A stretch of 64,000 nt of DNA from Isurus oxyrinchus (Eukaryota), in assembly GCA_026770705.1 (NCBI GenBank), contig JANJGN010000007.1:108934001-108998000 (forward strand), read 5' to 3'. The notes below the pieces were generated by a model. The model saw only the letters and a list, made by a program, of their open reading frames with translations, did no database searches and was not told where the DNA came from. This document shows, one piece after another, positions 13,205 to 26,719 of the stretch. A program made the translations under genes and the position numbers. How positions within the stretch are numbered: the stretch's first letter is position 1; the number at the start of each line of letters is the position of its first letter.

Positions 13205-14819
13205 AAAGCACCCCCTCTCCCCAACCTTCAACGCTGGAACAGGTTGTTGTGTAACTGTTTTACGAGGATGCAGCGCCATCCTGTGGAGAAGGTGGAGGTT
13301 ACCCGGTGTTCCCATTACCTTTGCAATATTACTCACTTCATAATCAAGGGATGTTGCATCCTTTGCAATGCTGTAAGCTTTTATAAGAAAAATTATTTGA
13401 ACTGTGGCTTTCCACATGGCTAATGGGAATTAATGATCCCTGTTGGCCCTCTCTGTTCCGTTCACATTACTGCTTTTCTCGACCTCTGTTTTGCTCATTT
13501 TCTTTCTATTCGTATTGTTTCTTCTTTCCATAAATCACCTCTTAGCTTCTCTCACTCTCAGGCACAAGGACGCACTTCCAGAATTCCCCGCCCCCACTTC
13601 ACCTCGTCGCGCCTGCTACTCCTTTTTACTTCTTTTGTTATTTCCTTTTAGATGTTAGGTGGGCGACACACTATGGTGGGGCAAAAACTGATGCTGACTG
13701 ATGTTTCGGGTGGTAATTAGATTGTAGAGAAAATAAGGGCGTTATTGGCTGTGCGACAATCGCTTTGTTTGCATATATGTCTCTGCCTTACTGTGCTACT
13801 GGCATTTGAATATTTTATTTTTGACCTGTAAAAATAACACAGACGAGACTCCTGAAAGCTGCATATTTGCTTCAAAATTCAACGATTTTGAATTTTTTGC
13901 AAAACGTAAGGTGAGTGTAGAGCTTCTCGGTTGGCCCAATGTGAATTCTGAAGTTTACAGAACAGATTATACAATTTCATTACAGATCGAATCAGCTCAT
14001 CCGCATGTGCCATTTCTTCTCTCTCACACACACTTACAAGTGCACATACAGTCTGATTAAACGTTTGACATTTCTTCCCAGGAACCAAGAAATAGCTATC
14101 TTGTGGTGTAAGATTACGATCTCTGGGAGAAGGCCGTTCATCGAGTTCAATAGATAGGACTGTCCAATGGATATGGATGGCTACTTATCATCCTTTTTAG
14201 TTCATGTCGTTATCTGCCCTGAATTTCTTTCACTTGAAATTAAAACCTAATCTCTCTCTTATGGCTCTACAGCTGAGAATTTGAACTTTGCGTCAGGCGG
14301 GCTCGGTGATTTTGATTGTGAGCTGCTGAAACTTGATCAGGGACACTATTAATCCTGAACTGAAAACATTGCATCAGTGAATCTCGGTCATACTGGAGGC
14401 CTTGCGTGATCTCATGTAAGTTGTATTTCCCTACAAGCCAAGATGAGTTCATGCAATTAAATTTCATGCAAATATAATGCAGTTGGGTTTTGCCTGGTTC
14501 TATGTAATTGCGCACTGTGCATGCTCAAATATATGAATAACTTACAGACACGTTAGTCGGGCGCAAATGGATCTTAGAGGCCAGAGGTTGCGTTCCCTGT
14601 TTGGATAGTTCGTTGGTCAATCGGCGCCTTAACGAGGGTTCTACCTTATGGCATGGATTGCAATTTTCTCCCTCCCTGTTCCACAAAGCGATGTTATAGA
14701 CTTTATACAACAAATATTTTCAACATGTTTTCAACGTTCCCAATATTGAAATTTCAGAAGCCTTCCTAATGTATTTTCAGTAATTTGCAATTATTTGCAA
14801 CCGTTCTGATTCCAGTTGA

Positions 14820-15690
14820 TATTATTACTGAACAATTCGTCTCCCACAATGGAACCAGGCTTGATAGATCACGAGTTCATTTTATTTTGTGTAAAGTCGT
14901 GCACAATATTTACTGAGCAGATTCATTGGGCGGCTGTTGATTTTTTTTAACAAAAAGTTGAAACATTTACTAAAGAAGGAATATTAACTATATTACACTA
15001 GAGAGAAAATAGGTTGGAAAAATTTTAAATACAGACATCAAGAGAACACGTGTTTCAAACTCACTCTTGCTTTCACGCCAGATTTACAGATCCAATACTT
15101 CAGGTTACTGTGTTCCTAATTCCACACCAAGGGTACAGCTGATTCAGTTGCAAAGACTTATTATCGCAGCAGACTGCTGAACAATTTGTATTTCCCTTGA
15201 AACCCAGAACTCACTTGACATTCGCTGTTTCATTAACTTCATAGCAACTCGCATAAGGTTTTAACGTTATTTCCTCACTATTCTGATAGCATGTCCAGTG
15301 AGAAAGAGGGAGCCTTAAACTGTTGCCTTCACTTGTGGCATAACCACAGCAGCTGAATTCAAAACTACTTTCCCCGCCCCGTCGCTGAGCAACAGCACAT
15401 TTTTTTCTCTAAACTTGGTTTGAAATTCCCTGCTCTAATCGCCCCTTGATAACCCATCTATTTATATAAGAGTCATAACACCTCATTACACTGCTAGTAT
15501 ACAAACAAGCTCCCAGATTTGCAGGCAACATTCTTGAGTGAAACCAACCTATGTTTCCGCTTTCTTAACACCTAGAAAATATAAATTAAACTTAAACTTC
15601 AAGCCAAAACTTAAACTTAAAACTAAAACATATTCCTTACGCACATAAATATACGTAGAACTTACTTAAACCTATTTTTAGTGCCTAACA
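14820..15690 (-). mobile_element. Putative solo LTR
   Basis: The minus strand starts TGTTAGGCAC and contains TATAAATA and AATAAA-like signals. No coding similarity; no partner LTR or TSD confirmed. Confidence 0.35.
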
Positions 15691-15839
15691 CAACAGTATT
15701 TCCTCTAAATTAAATTTAATAAAATAAATTGCAGGCTAATTTTAGTTCCCCTTCGCTATAATCAGAGATAAAGACTCATCGAGCCATCATGACGCATGAC
15801 TGCATGCCAGGAGTCCACAACTGGTCGCAGCGATGCACA

Positions 15840-16260
15840 TACACCCTGAGCAGTGCTCCTCAATTTCTGGGTGCACTTCAGCCCAACGCTCCTGGTCTTT
15901 GGTCACCCGATGCAGAGGGAGTTTCTCCTCTTAAGCCTACACGTGGGCCTGGCCAAGATGATCATCAGCAGGCCCAGGCAGCGTGCGGTAAATGGTCTTA
16001 CGATCCGACTGTCTACCCATCTGCAGCGGCAAGGTTCGCGCCCTGGTAACTGTGGAGATGGAGCACGCGATTCCCACCGGTACCTCCGCGATTTGTGGGC
16101 ACCGGGTTTTGGTGTGCATCATCACCCTCGGAAATGGCATTTTAATTTGATTTTGTTAGTTTCCTTTCACGTTTTTGTTTTCGTCACAGTGCCGCACGAG
16201 AGCTTGTCACTCCCGGCTCATTTAACCAGTTTAAATGTAATTTTGTTTCTCAAAGGAGCA
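15840..16260 (+). mobile_element. Tx1/L1-clade non-LTR retrotransposon 3' end
   Basis: LLNFWVHFSPTLLVFGHP...GLAKMIISRPRQRAV resembles a Tx1 ORF2 C-terminus, followed by a T-rich 3' UTR. Confidence 0.65.
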
Positions 16261-18104
16261 CACCCTTAGCAGCTCAGCAGCGCCACCAGGAGCGATGACC
16301 ATTGTTGGGGCGACACATGACGGATGAGGGGCCATCAATGCCCATGCGTCCTCGAAGACAGTTTAAGTGGCATCTCGGAATGGCGTCGGGGTGTCCCCTA
16401 GGCCAGGCAGCGCCGAAGCCTCGGGGTCGGATGCCAAATCGTCAGGGTCAACCTACTGGCCCTCCGGGCGGCCGGGGAGACTCCGGTTAGAGCAGAAAAT
16501 CCCTTGAAGGCGTGAAGTGGTGATTACTTATCCACCGTTGTGGCTCAAATGGGCTCTCGACAGTCAGTCCATCAGCCACCTTTCCCGGCGCTAGCAAAAT
16601 GACACGCCATTGGGAAAAGAACGACGCTCCACCCGTGCCATTTTTCCGGCTTCACACTTCCCGCACCTTCTCAAACGCTCACTTCCAAGATATCCTTAAA
16701 GAGAGAAAGATGCATTAGGAGTAAATATCCAGGCCTTTGGTGGCAGTGACGCATTCACGGACTTTTCCACTTGATAAAACTAGCACCAGCAGTTGTGAGC
16801 ATATGGAAGCCAAGAACGTTATCGACTGTGCATACACATGTGAAATGGCGTGAGAGTAAGCGAATTAAAATAATGAATGCAGTTGCAAAAATAAATAATA
16901 CAATTGAGTTGCTTCAGGCGAAAATGTTAACAGCCACTTACAACGTTTTCCATTGTTAGTAGCTCTGAAGGAAGGTAGAGTAACAATAAGTCTGCATTGA
17001 CAAGCAAGTCACCAGTCAAGTAAAAAGCTCGCATACATTTTAGAAAGCTAAAATCAAACTGGTCGCTTTCCGTAAATAAATCTCTGGGTCACCACTGTAA
17101 AGAACAGTGACATCCAGGGCTTGATATTTAGTCCTTCTAGAGCCCGGGGACGAAGGCAGGTGAGCAATAGTATCAGTGCTGCGAGTGGGCGCGCAAGTTC
17201 CGCAGCTTAATTCCGTCAGCATCATTTACATGGAGGTTTTATTTGCGAGAGGGGGTTTGGTGGCGCAATGGTGGGGGGGAGGGGGGGGGGGGGGGGGTAG
17301 GGGCGTGTACGGCAGGATCTGATCTTTTTATCTTCAGATCGGTAACACGGTAATCCTCATCAATTGTATTGGAAGGAAGACACCCTTTATTCTAAATGGA
17401 AAGGAGGGTTCACCATAGTCAAGGAATCAGTTGACCTCATTCAGGGCACTGCGCAAAAGTGTATAGTAACAGCTGAAGGCACCGGCGTAACAGTTATGTT
17501 CGAAACATAGTATTTACAAGTGTAATGCTTGGAGTACATAAATAGAACTGAAAATGCCCTGTGGACAATGTCTACTGTTCAGAATTAAAATCGGAATTGG
17601 GAGAGTTGGGGGCGTGTGCGAACGAGGGCACGTGGCTGCTCGATTTCATCCGCAGCGTACCAATCAATAATGAACCCAGCAGGGTGGGTGATGATCGATT
17701 TTAGAGAGGAGTCAATGCAAAGCTTGAACAGCCACGGTACGGACTACAGGAAGCAAATGGACTGTGCATTGAAAATATACATAGTAATCACTTACTTGCT
17801 CCCAGAAGGTTGCCAAGGTTGCCAATGTGTATGGCTTTCCCGGGAGCCGATATTTGCGGAAACGCCACCTTTGCATTTTTTGGGATGATTTCGAAAGAAC
17901 AACACGCCTGAATTAAATCTGAGAAAATGATAAAAAAAAGATGAACAAGAATTTCGCATTCCCAGGAAACAATACTGACAATAGGAACACTGAAGAACCA
18001 CAATTTTGGGAACAGGGCGTCGGCTGTGTTATATGTTTATTAACGTCAGGAGGTTTCAAATTGTGGAATGTCTCCCATCACCATGAAACTTGCCACGTTG
18101 TATT

Positions 18105-19035
18105 CATTCATGGGATGTGTGTGTCACTGGCTAGGCCAGTATTTATTGCCCATCTATAAATATTTTTGAGAAGATTGTGGTGAGCTGGTTCTTGAACAGC
18201 TGCAGACCCTTTGGTTTAGGTACAGCAACATTGCTGTTAGGGACAGATCTCCAGGATATTGACCCAAGGAGAGTGAAGGACCGCCGATCTATTTCCAAGT
18301 CAGGATGGCGAGTGCTTTGCAGGAGAACTTCCAGGTGGCGGTGTTCCCATGTGTCTGCTGCCCTTTTTATTCTAGGAAGCAAGCCATAGGTTTGGAAGGT
18401 GTTTGCTACCGAGTTTTTGTGAGTTCCTTCAGTGGATTTTGCAGCTGGTACACATTTCTGCCAATGTGCGTCAGTGGCGGGGAAGGTGAATATTTATGGA
18501 TGGGTTGCCAATCAAGTGGCTGCTTTGCCCTGGTTGGTGTCAAGATTCTGTAATGTTGTTGTTGGAGCTGCACTCATACAGGCAAGTAGAGAGTATTCCT
18601 TCACACTCCTGACTTGTGCCTTGTATATGGTGGACAATTTTTGGGAAGTCAGAAGGTGCAAGATTCCTCACCTCTGACCTACTCCAGTAGCCACAGTATT
18701 CATATGGCTAGCCCTGTTTTTATTTGATCAATGACAACCTCCAAAATGTTGATCATGTTGGTTTCAGCGATGGTAATGCCATTAAATATCAAGGGGCTAT
18801 GGTAAGGTACCCTCTTGTTGGCGACAGTCATCGCATGGCAACTATATGGTGCAATTGTTACTTGCAACTTATCATCCCAAGCCTGGATATTGTCCAGGCT
18901 TTGTTGCATTTGGACATGGACTGCTTCAGTACCCGATGATTCGCGAATGGCGCAGAATATTGTGCAATCATCAGCGAACATCCCCACTTCTGACCTTATG
19001 ATGGAGGGAAGGTCATTGATGCAGATAGTTCAGCC
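18105..19035 (-). mobile_element. 5'-truncated LINE (CR1/L2-group RT), same family as 44590-47722
   Basis: GMFADDCTIF...QQSLDNIQAWDDKLQV. Shares its 3' tail with the element at 44590. Confidence 0.85.
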
Positions 19036-19059
19036 GAGGGCACTACCCTGAGGAACCTG

Positions 19060-22050
19060 AAGAGTGGAATGGGCAGGTGATGCTTGCACAGTCGAAACAA
19101 CACAGCGGCAATTCTTTCACTCAAATGTTAAATTGTTACAGCAATATCAGCCAGTTGATTAGCGGATTGAAATTAGGCATTATGACCGGTTGTGTGGAGT
19201 ATTTTCCATGGCCCATGGCGGTGAGTTTGGCGCCACGGGGTTGGCAGGGGTGGTGCTTGAAAGGTTTAAAAATTGCTGACGGAGAGGGTTTTCCAGGGAG
19301 ACAGTTGTACAGGTTCCCAGAGGCACCGTGCGTGCAATTAGCCGCTCTGCGCAGGATCGCACCAGGATTGCACGAAGTGTGGCAGCGGGTGTGAAAATGT
19401 CCGTTATACCCGCCGGCCGCATTGGTGGGTTTTCACGTCAGATCGTCTATTTCCTGCTCCATACATTATGTAGTCACGGGAAACACGCTGGACCGATGGC
19501 GGGCGGCCCCCGATTTCCCACTATGCCTACTCACGGCTTTCTCACGCAGGGCGCCATATAACATTCAGACCAAAGTGACAAAAGTTCAAGACTCAAAATA
19601 CGCATCGGTGATGCCTGAACCACGATGGTGCTTGTCATTGCTGCCAGAGTTTCATGAGGAGGCGTCAAAGAATTGCGTCAACTCCACTGTGTGCTCTCAA
19701 TGCCTTTGAGGTGCGCTGGCCCCCATTTCTTCATGATCTACGACCAGTGATGGACAGTTGCTGAAGGTTGACGAATGAACAGGTTCACTGAAAGTTTCAC
19801 AGCAGCGTCACCATGATATGATTCTGATTGCCAACGACAAGCAAGCTTCCTTCGCCCAGACAGGGTTCAGACATTCAGAGATGCAATGAGAACGTCTATG
19901 GAGTGTCCTCACTGCATGTCGCCATCATCCTCCTGGAAAATAGTGGGCTGTTATGGCCTCTGCTCATCACCATGATCAGAGCCTGAGCAGTGAGGTTATG
20001 TGCATTGCCGTCAGCTACGCAAGAGTCAGACATTCACAGATGCAAAGTGAGGATGTCAGGATTCTCCTTGCTGCATCTGGTCATCATCCTCCATGAAGCC
20101 TGCGGCTATGAGAGCCTCCCGTGCGTGCCTGCCTCGTCTGGCCAGAGTAATGGCGTCATCGCCGACACCTTTTCTTTCGAGAGCCTCATCACCATCATCC
20201 CCGTCAAAGTCCTTCTCATCGGAGGAGATGTGCAGCTCTTCCATTTCCTCATTAGCCAAGTCCTCCGCACCGTGGCAGTGCCAAGTTATGTAGCACACAA
20301 CAAACTACGATGATGCATCATACGCTCTCTGGACTTTATTGCTGTGCTCCATCAAACCTATCGCGGCTCCAGAACCTTGTTTTCAGGATGCCAATTATTC
20401 GCTCCACAAAGTTCTGGTCATGCAATGAGCCTCATGATTCACTGGCTCTGCTGCATCTGTGGTCATGTGTCATCAGCCACGTCCTCAAAAGGTAATCCTT
20501 TTGCCCAGGAAGCCAACACTGCAGCCTCTGTGGATCCTGGAAGAAGTCAGTGATCTGAAATTACTAAAAATTGAGGAGCCATGGGTGCTCCCTGGGCATC
20601 AGGCGCAGACCTGTCAGGTGCATTCGTAGTGATCCTACAGCCAGTGACTATTAAGCGAGTGGAATCCCTCATGGTTGAGGTAGTTGACTGCTTGTCACGG
20701 AGATCAAACCACAATGTGAATGCAGTCGATTTCACCCTGCACCTATGGGAAGCCTGAGATCTGTGCAAGCCTCCGTGCTCTTGCTTTTTGTCTTTCCTAT
20801 TCCGGTTGAAATGCACAAATCACCGTGCCTTCAGGATACCATGTTTCTGACCTTCTGGATACACTTGTGTGTGCAGCCTTGTGAGATCCTGCAAAGGTCA
20901 TCTTTGGAGCAGTGGAATGAGCAACTGGCAGTGGATGCCCTCCACGTCCCCAAAGTGCCAAACACTAGCAGGAGACATATGTGACTGTCCAGTTGCCTAG
21001 TAATGCGGAGCCTTTGGCACCAGTTCTGAGTTATTTGCATGAATGAAAAGAGCAGGCTACAGGCCTTGTGCCAAGGAAAACAGCTACGGATGATGGCTCT
21101 CTATGGATTTTCAGCTGTGTGCGAAGCAGATCATGTTGCCCCTTTATTTTGAGAGAGGTGTTCCACGTTTTGCCGAGCCAGGCGCCGACGCCATACTCTT
21201 TTTCTTTTGCACTGGCCAATATAAGCCATTAGAATGCTGTTAAGTGACAAGTCTTCCTGTTCCTATGTTATCCTCTTGCAGAATAAAGGAGCAGGTCGCG
21301 TGGGTTATAATATGTCAAAAGGGCCTCTTATGGTTAAGTTGAAGGCCACTTTACACATTCAGAAGGGAGCTGGCCACCACTTAGATGGTCAGTGCTTAGT
21401 GCGCTTCATGCCTTTCCGAAAGCCCACCGATCTTCGCCCCACTCCACTTGACTGTTTGACGGCAGCTTTGGCCACTGGACTACATTCCGTGTTGTGGGCT
21501 CAGGCACAGGGATTCTCCAGTCCCACACTGCAATGCTGAGCTGTTACCTTGAACAATGAGTGATACTGGTACAAACCTTAAGAAAGACATTGCAAGGGGT
21601 TTTAAGTGCCTCCACCAGTGCCTGTGTCATGGTCACCTTTCAAAAGATGATTCTACAACTTGCCCAATCGGCCACTTGTACTGCATCCCCTTAAAACACA
21701 CATCAATTTACGGCCTGTGCCCAAGGGCCAAACATTCTGTAGCATTTGGATGCATTTTCAAGCTTGTGTGTTGGGATTTGAGAGTGTTGTGACACTCACC
21801 ATGCTCTAATGACGTCTTGAATCCTGGTGCTCCAGGGTTTATGTTAGGCACACACAGATGCTGACTTCTTCGTCAACTATTTTGGTCTATGTCTGTTTTG
21901 CAGAAGCAGCTGCTATTACCCTCCTGCCCATACGAATGCTCAGCTCTCTACCACTCCTGATTTCCCTCCGTTGTTCATGCAGGAAAGAGTGGAAGACCTG
22001 GAAGCCAGCCTTTCAAAGTCCCCTCACTACTTTCTGTGATCGTGACATTC
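19060..22050 (-). mobile_element. PIF/Harbinger element remnant copy B (transposase 20056-21260; Myb-like exon 21800-22049; GC-rich subterminal region 19060-19560)
   Basis: MQITQNWCQRLRITRQL, DLCRISQGCTHKCIQKV and EEMEELHISSDEKDFDGDDG..AREALIAAGF. Colinear with copy A. Confidence 0.85.
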
Positions 22051-25000
22051 TGAAAAAGAAAGGAGAGCTGGTGAATTTCTTTGAATGTGTAAGGACATTA
22101 AAAAGAAACTCCTTTACCCAAAGATCTGCAACATGCCACTAAAGAGATTGGTTGAAACAAGTACTGAAGATGTATTTAAGGGGAATCTAGACAGGCATAT
22201 GAAGAGACATGAAATAGAGGGCCAGGATGATAGATTTAGATAAAGAGAAGCCGGAGTATGTTCAACTTGGGCACCAAAAGGGCCCTAATCAAGGCCCTGA
22301 ATTGCAATACAAGTGATTTTGACTATGATGGGCAACTTCAGATTGTTTGAGTTCTCAAGCTCTTTGTAACCTATGCCTTGATAAACGAATCCAACATTCT
22401 TCACTGATTCTGCTTCATTATGAGCGTGGTTACTCGTCAGCAAACAAAACTAACTGCAAGAGTTCGTCGATTATGCAATTAACTCTCACATAGTTCCTCT
22501 TACACCATGCTGTCCATAACACATGAGATTCTAGCATTTAAACAATTGCAGAAGTTACAAGACAACACTAAATAAAAGATAACTATTTTCAAAACCCGTA
22601 GTTACAGGATGTCAAACGTCATTCGGAAGATTCTTATCGAAAATTACGGAGAACTTTTGTTAGCAATTGCAAATATACAGTTATTGAAGAGAGTGATCAA
22701 TTCAAACAGGTGCTCAGAATGTCAGCGCGCATGGTCTGTGCCTGGCTCTCTAAGGGATCATTTGTACCATTCTATTAATTGCCCCAAGCACTTGTATTTA
22801 TAAAATGTTTCTGATGTAACGCACATTCACTTAGTGAACTGTAATTGGTGATGGTGTGCTCTTGAATGGGCCAGTTGCTGAAGGTTGACGAATGAACAGC
22901 TTCATTGAAAGTTTCACAGCAGAGTCTCCATGATATGACTCTGATCGCCAACGACCATCAAGCTTCCTTCGCCCAGACAGGGTTCAGATATTCACAGAGG
23001 CAATGTGAACGTCTATGGAGAATCCTCACTGCATGTCGTCATCATCCTCCTGGAAAATAGTGGCAGTTATGGCCTCTGCTCATCACCATGACCAGAGACT
23101 GAGCACTGAGGCTATGTGCACTGCCGTCAGCTACGCAGCAGTCAGACGTTCACAGATACGAATTGAGGATGTCAAGATTCTCCTTGCTGCATCTGGTCAT
23201 TATCCTCCATGAAGCCTGCGGCTATGAGAGCCTCCCGTGCGTGCCTACCTCGACTGGCCAGCGTGATGGCGTAATCGCCCACACCCGTTATTTCGAGAGC
23301 CTCATTACCATCATCCCCGTCGAAGTCCTTCTCATCGGAGGAGATGTGCAGCTCTTCCAACTCATCAGCCAAGTCCTTTCCACCGTGGCAGTGCCAAGTT
23401 AATTAGCACACAACAAGCTACGATGATGCATCATACCCACTGTGGACTTTATTGCAGTGCTCCATCGAACCTATCGCGGCCCCAGAACCTTGTTTTCAGG
23501 ATGCCGATTATTCGCACCACCAAAGTTCTGGTCACGCCATGAGCCTCATGATGCAATCGATCTGCTGCACTCTGAGGCCACCACACGGGCATCATCAGTC
23601 ACGGCCTCAGAAGGTAGTCTTTGTCCCCGGGAAGCCAACACTGCAGCCTCTGCGGATCCTGGAAGTAGTCAGTGATCTGAAATCACTAAAGATGCAGGAG
23701 CCGTGGATGGTGTTCCGTTTTCTAGGTTATATATTTTTTGTCTTTTACTTCCCCATGTCCTGCCTAATGCAGACAGCCTGCAATTGTCTATATTTCCTCA
23801 CAGCTGCGGGTCACGTTTCGTTAAGTGACTCAGAAGCCCAAACAGGAGATTGTATCCATAAGATAAAACTTTACCTTTGCCTGCAGGCTCTCCACCTTCC
23901 AGGACGATTTCTGTGTCGCAGTGCATTGGTGGAAACGGGTTGAGACTGAATGCCTGCGGGAAAGCGACAATGGCAGAAAGCGATTTAGCCTGAAGAGCAA
24001 ATGGTTGAGTAACTTCCAGTTGCTGAAGGCTACTTTCCAAGACTCTGGAGTCTATCATTGCGCAGTGGTATGTCAAGTAGTTGTTAAAGGAAATGATGTT
24101 GGATGACAGCTAATTGTTTATGGTAAGTCTGAAACACAGGAGAGTGGAATAATCGTAAAGATATCGAACACAAACGGGAATGTTCCGTGATTGTTTTATT
24201 GCACAGATTTGCCACCTTAAATGCCTGTTAACACACTTCGTGACAGGCTGTGCTGTATGGCCGTGTTCTCTGAATAGAAGTGCTACATTGTCACGCGCAG
24301 CATATTGTGTATCAATATTACTCAGTTAGGCTTGAGTTCCAACAGTAAGGTATACACCTTTTGTCTGATAGAGAATATAAATTCCAAAAATGTGCATGAA
24401 TGAAAACACTAATTCATTTAGCCTCCTCCGACACATGCTGGACTCTTAGCCCATTTTTGAAGAACAGAACGTTGTCACCTCACAAACCTCCAATAACGAA
24501 ACTTACAGAGGGAAGGTATTGCTGAAATCCCTGCGGTTTAACTTAATTTAAATTTTCAACACTTGCCTTGCTTCGGCAATGAAATCTGTTCCATATGGAC
24601 CAAGTCATTGATTTTAACAGCAGATTATTTGTCACTGTCTATCTGTGTAACGAATATAGTGCGCGCCAAGTGCCCCCCAGGTTTACTTAGTTTATTCGAT
24701 AATGAAAACTAAGTATTGAATATTAAAGGGTTGAGACTGGTCTGCTGAGTAAACGGAGTCTTGGACTTGGTAACTCAGGTAAAAATGAACAGATGCCAGT
24801 GTCTATGAGACATGTGGATGAAATATGTGGAGGTGATCGGCAGAACATTAAAAGGACACGCGATCGCGCTTTCGAATGGCGCTATTATCAGAAAATAAAC
24901 CGGATCTAAAGCAGGATCAGGTATAAATCCTTCCTATGAAGCCCGGTAACTCCAACTGTTTTATTTTCTATTTGATAGAGTCCCCAACCCCACTGAAGAT

Positions 25001-25220
25001 TCTCTCCAAAGCACTAGAAGGGGATTCAGATGTGTCTTCGACTCGTGTGAAACGGAGAATTTCACCCTAACCTGTTATAAAAATAGCGTGGAAATTGCAT
25101 TGGGCATACACAACATCAAAGTTTAGAATACCGAGGAATTCTCCTAAGTTTCAAGCTCTTTGGCTCAGGCGGAACCTGTTCCGAGCGAAACCAATTTTAC
25201 CTGAGTGGTGTCTCATGACT
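19603..25220 (+). repeat. Segmental duplication unit B, paralogous to 735-4835
   Basis: Same order and orientation of Harbinger transposase, Myb-like exon, CR1 tail fragment, promoter and IgSF exons. Confidence 0.85.
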
Positions 25221-25223
25221 TTA
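22719..25223 (+). pseudogene. IgSF receptor copy 2 pseudogene (leader 22719-~22765; V 23804-24122; C1 24979-~25223, truncated)
   Basis: The leader has indels and a TAA. The V exon (FAC...VHWWK...FQDSGVYHCAVV...G*QLIVY, G|gtaagt) has a frameshift and 2 stops. C1 has stops and deletions and is cut off by an L2 3' end. Confidence 0.88.
22847..23712 (-). mobile_element. Internal Harbinger transposase fragment inserted in intron 1 of IgSF copy 2
   Basis: Near-copy of 19745-20585. It interrupts intron sequence gtaatt|ccg that is contiguous in copy 1 (~4016-4024). No TIRs. Confidence 0.9.
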
Positions 25224-25224
25224 G

Positions 25225-25720
25225 GCTTTTCTATTCCAATGCACGGCTGCACAGCCTTATACATTCAAACCTTTCGAACCTTGTGGTCATCCTAACCTCT
25301 GCTGGGCCTGTCATAATTTGCCTTGATTTTAGAATTCTCCAACTGAACGTCAAATTCGTTCACCGTCGCTCTGCTCAGTACATCTGTAACTTGCCTCAGC
25401 CTGCAAAATTCTGAAATAACAGCACTCCACTAATCCTGGCCTCTTCAGCAGCCCAGGCTTCAATCGATCCATGATTGGAAACCATAGGTCAGCTGCCGTG
25501 ACACTGAGCTTTACAATTGCATTTCTGAACTGCTGCAACTCTATTTCTACCTCTAAGACAATCGATAAAATGCGATTCTCTAATGCTCAAAAAATAATCA
25601 TCAGGCCTAATATCTCTTTATGTATTTCGGTGTGAGATTCTGTTTGAAAATATTCCCGTGAATCGCCTTGGGTTAATTCAGTACATTAAGCACGCTATAC
25701 AAATGCACGTTGTTATAGTT
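25225..25720 (+). mobile_element. L2 LINE 3' end (truncates the C1 exon of copy 2)
   Basis: L2-type tail gtgaatcgccttggg...cgctatacaaatgcacgttgtt. Confidence 0.6.
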
Positions 25721-26099
25721 TTGCATTTGTTGCAGACTCACAGACATCGACAAATGTCCCCACATTGAATTATTTTAAATTTAAAGGATGACGTTGTATA
25801 TAACCTCCCACTATGATTCGACACTAAATCGGTCTCGGATGAACACAGGTTTCACTTTAAATATTCATGGGAGAATCTCACGATGTCCCAAACTATCATG
25901 GTGCAATACTTAAATCTGTATTTTAGCCTATATTCGTCCTTGTTCTTTCATTTATGATTGGTGTGTATGTGTAATTATGCATGTTATATGTTTATGATAC
26001 AATTATTCAATATAAAACATTCCAACTGATTGCCTAAACCATATGTAGTGTGAAAAAGAATGTGTTTTAGTACATTCAATGTAGAATAACATTGCACAT

Positions 26100-26700
26100 A
26101 TCTCAGAGAGACGATATTACAGTGGTATGGAGCTGCAAAGTCATAGAGGAACTTAAAAACATGGACGTGGATTTTGAAGTTAACGGTTTTTAAAATTGGA
26201 AGCCAGGGTAGATCAGCCGGCAGAGGGTTGATGCATGAACGAGACTTAGTGCGACGAAACAGTGTTGGGTGACCTCAATTTTACTGAGGAGGTCATGTGG
26301 GAGGCCGATTAGGGGTGTATTGGAGCAGAGAAGTATAAAGGCAACAAAAGCATTGAAGCTGGTTTCAGCAGTAGATAAGCTGAGGCAGGGGAAAGCTGGG
26401 CGCTGTTACAAAGGTAGAATAGGCCAATCATAGTGATAGCGTGGGTATGTGATCGGAAGTTCATCAAGGGTCAAATGTTACACCAACATAATGTAAATCT
26501 GGTTCAGCCTCAGAGAGGAGCCAGGCAGGGGGATCGAGCTGGTAGTTAAGGAATGGAATTTCAACTGGGGACAAAAACCTATGGCTTCAAACTTCTCAAT
26601 ATGTATTGGAAAAGAAATTCTGTTACTCCAGTGTTGGATGTCCGACACGCAGGCTGATAATTTAGAGACAGTTGTAGAGTCGAACTAGGTGATCGAAACT
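26100..26700 (-). mobile_element. L2 LINE RT fragment
   Basis: Degenerate minus-strand RT C-terminal region typical of L2. Confidence 0.5.
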
Positions 26701-26719
26701 GCTTTTGTATTCACAATAT

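Noticed and set aside
13825-13916. Possible exon KNNTDETPESCIFASK...AAG|gtgagt
   Set aside because: The donor is good but there is no clear acceptor and no homology to the receptor exons.
16790-16920. Hydrophobic minus-strand stretch (SIVLFIFATAFIILIRLL) as a TM exon
   Set aside because: It is on the wrong strand for the receptor genes, has no convincing splice sites, and lies in AT-rich sequence.
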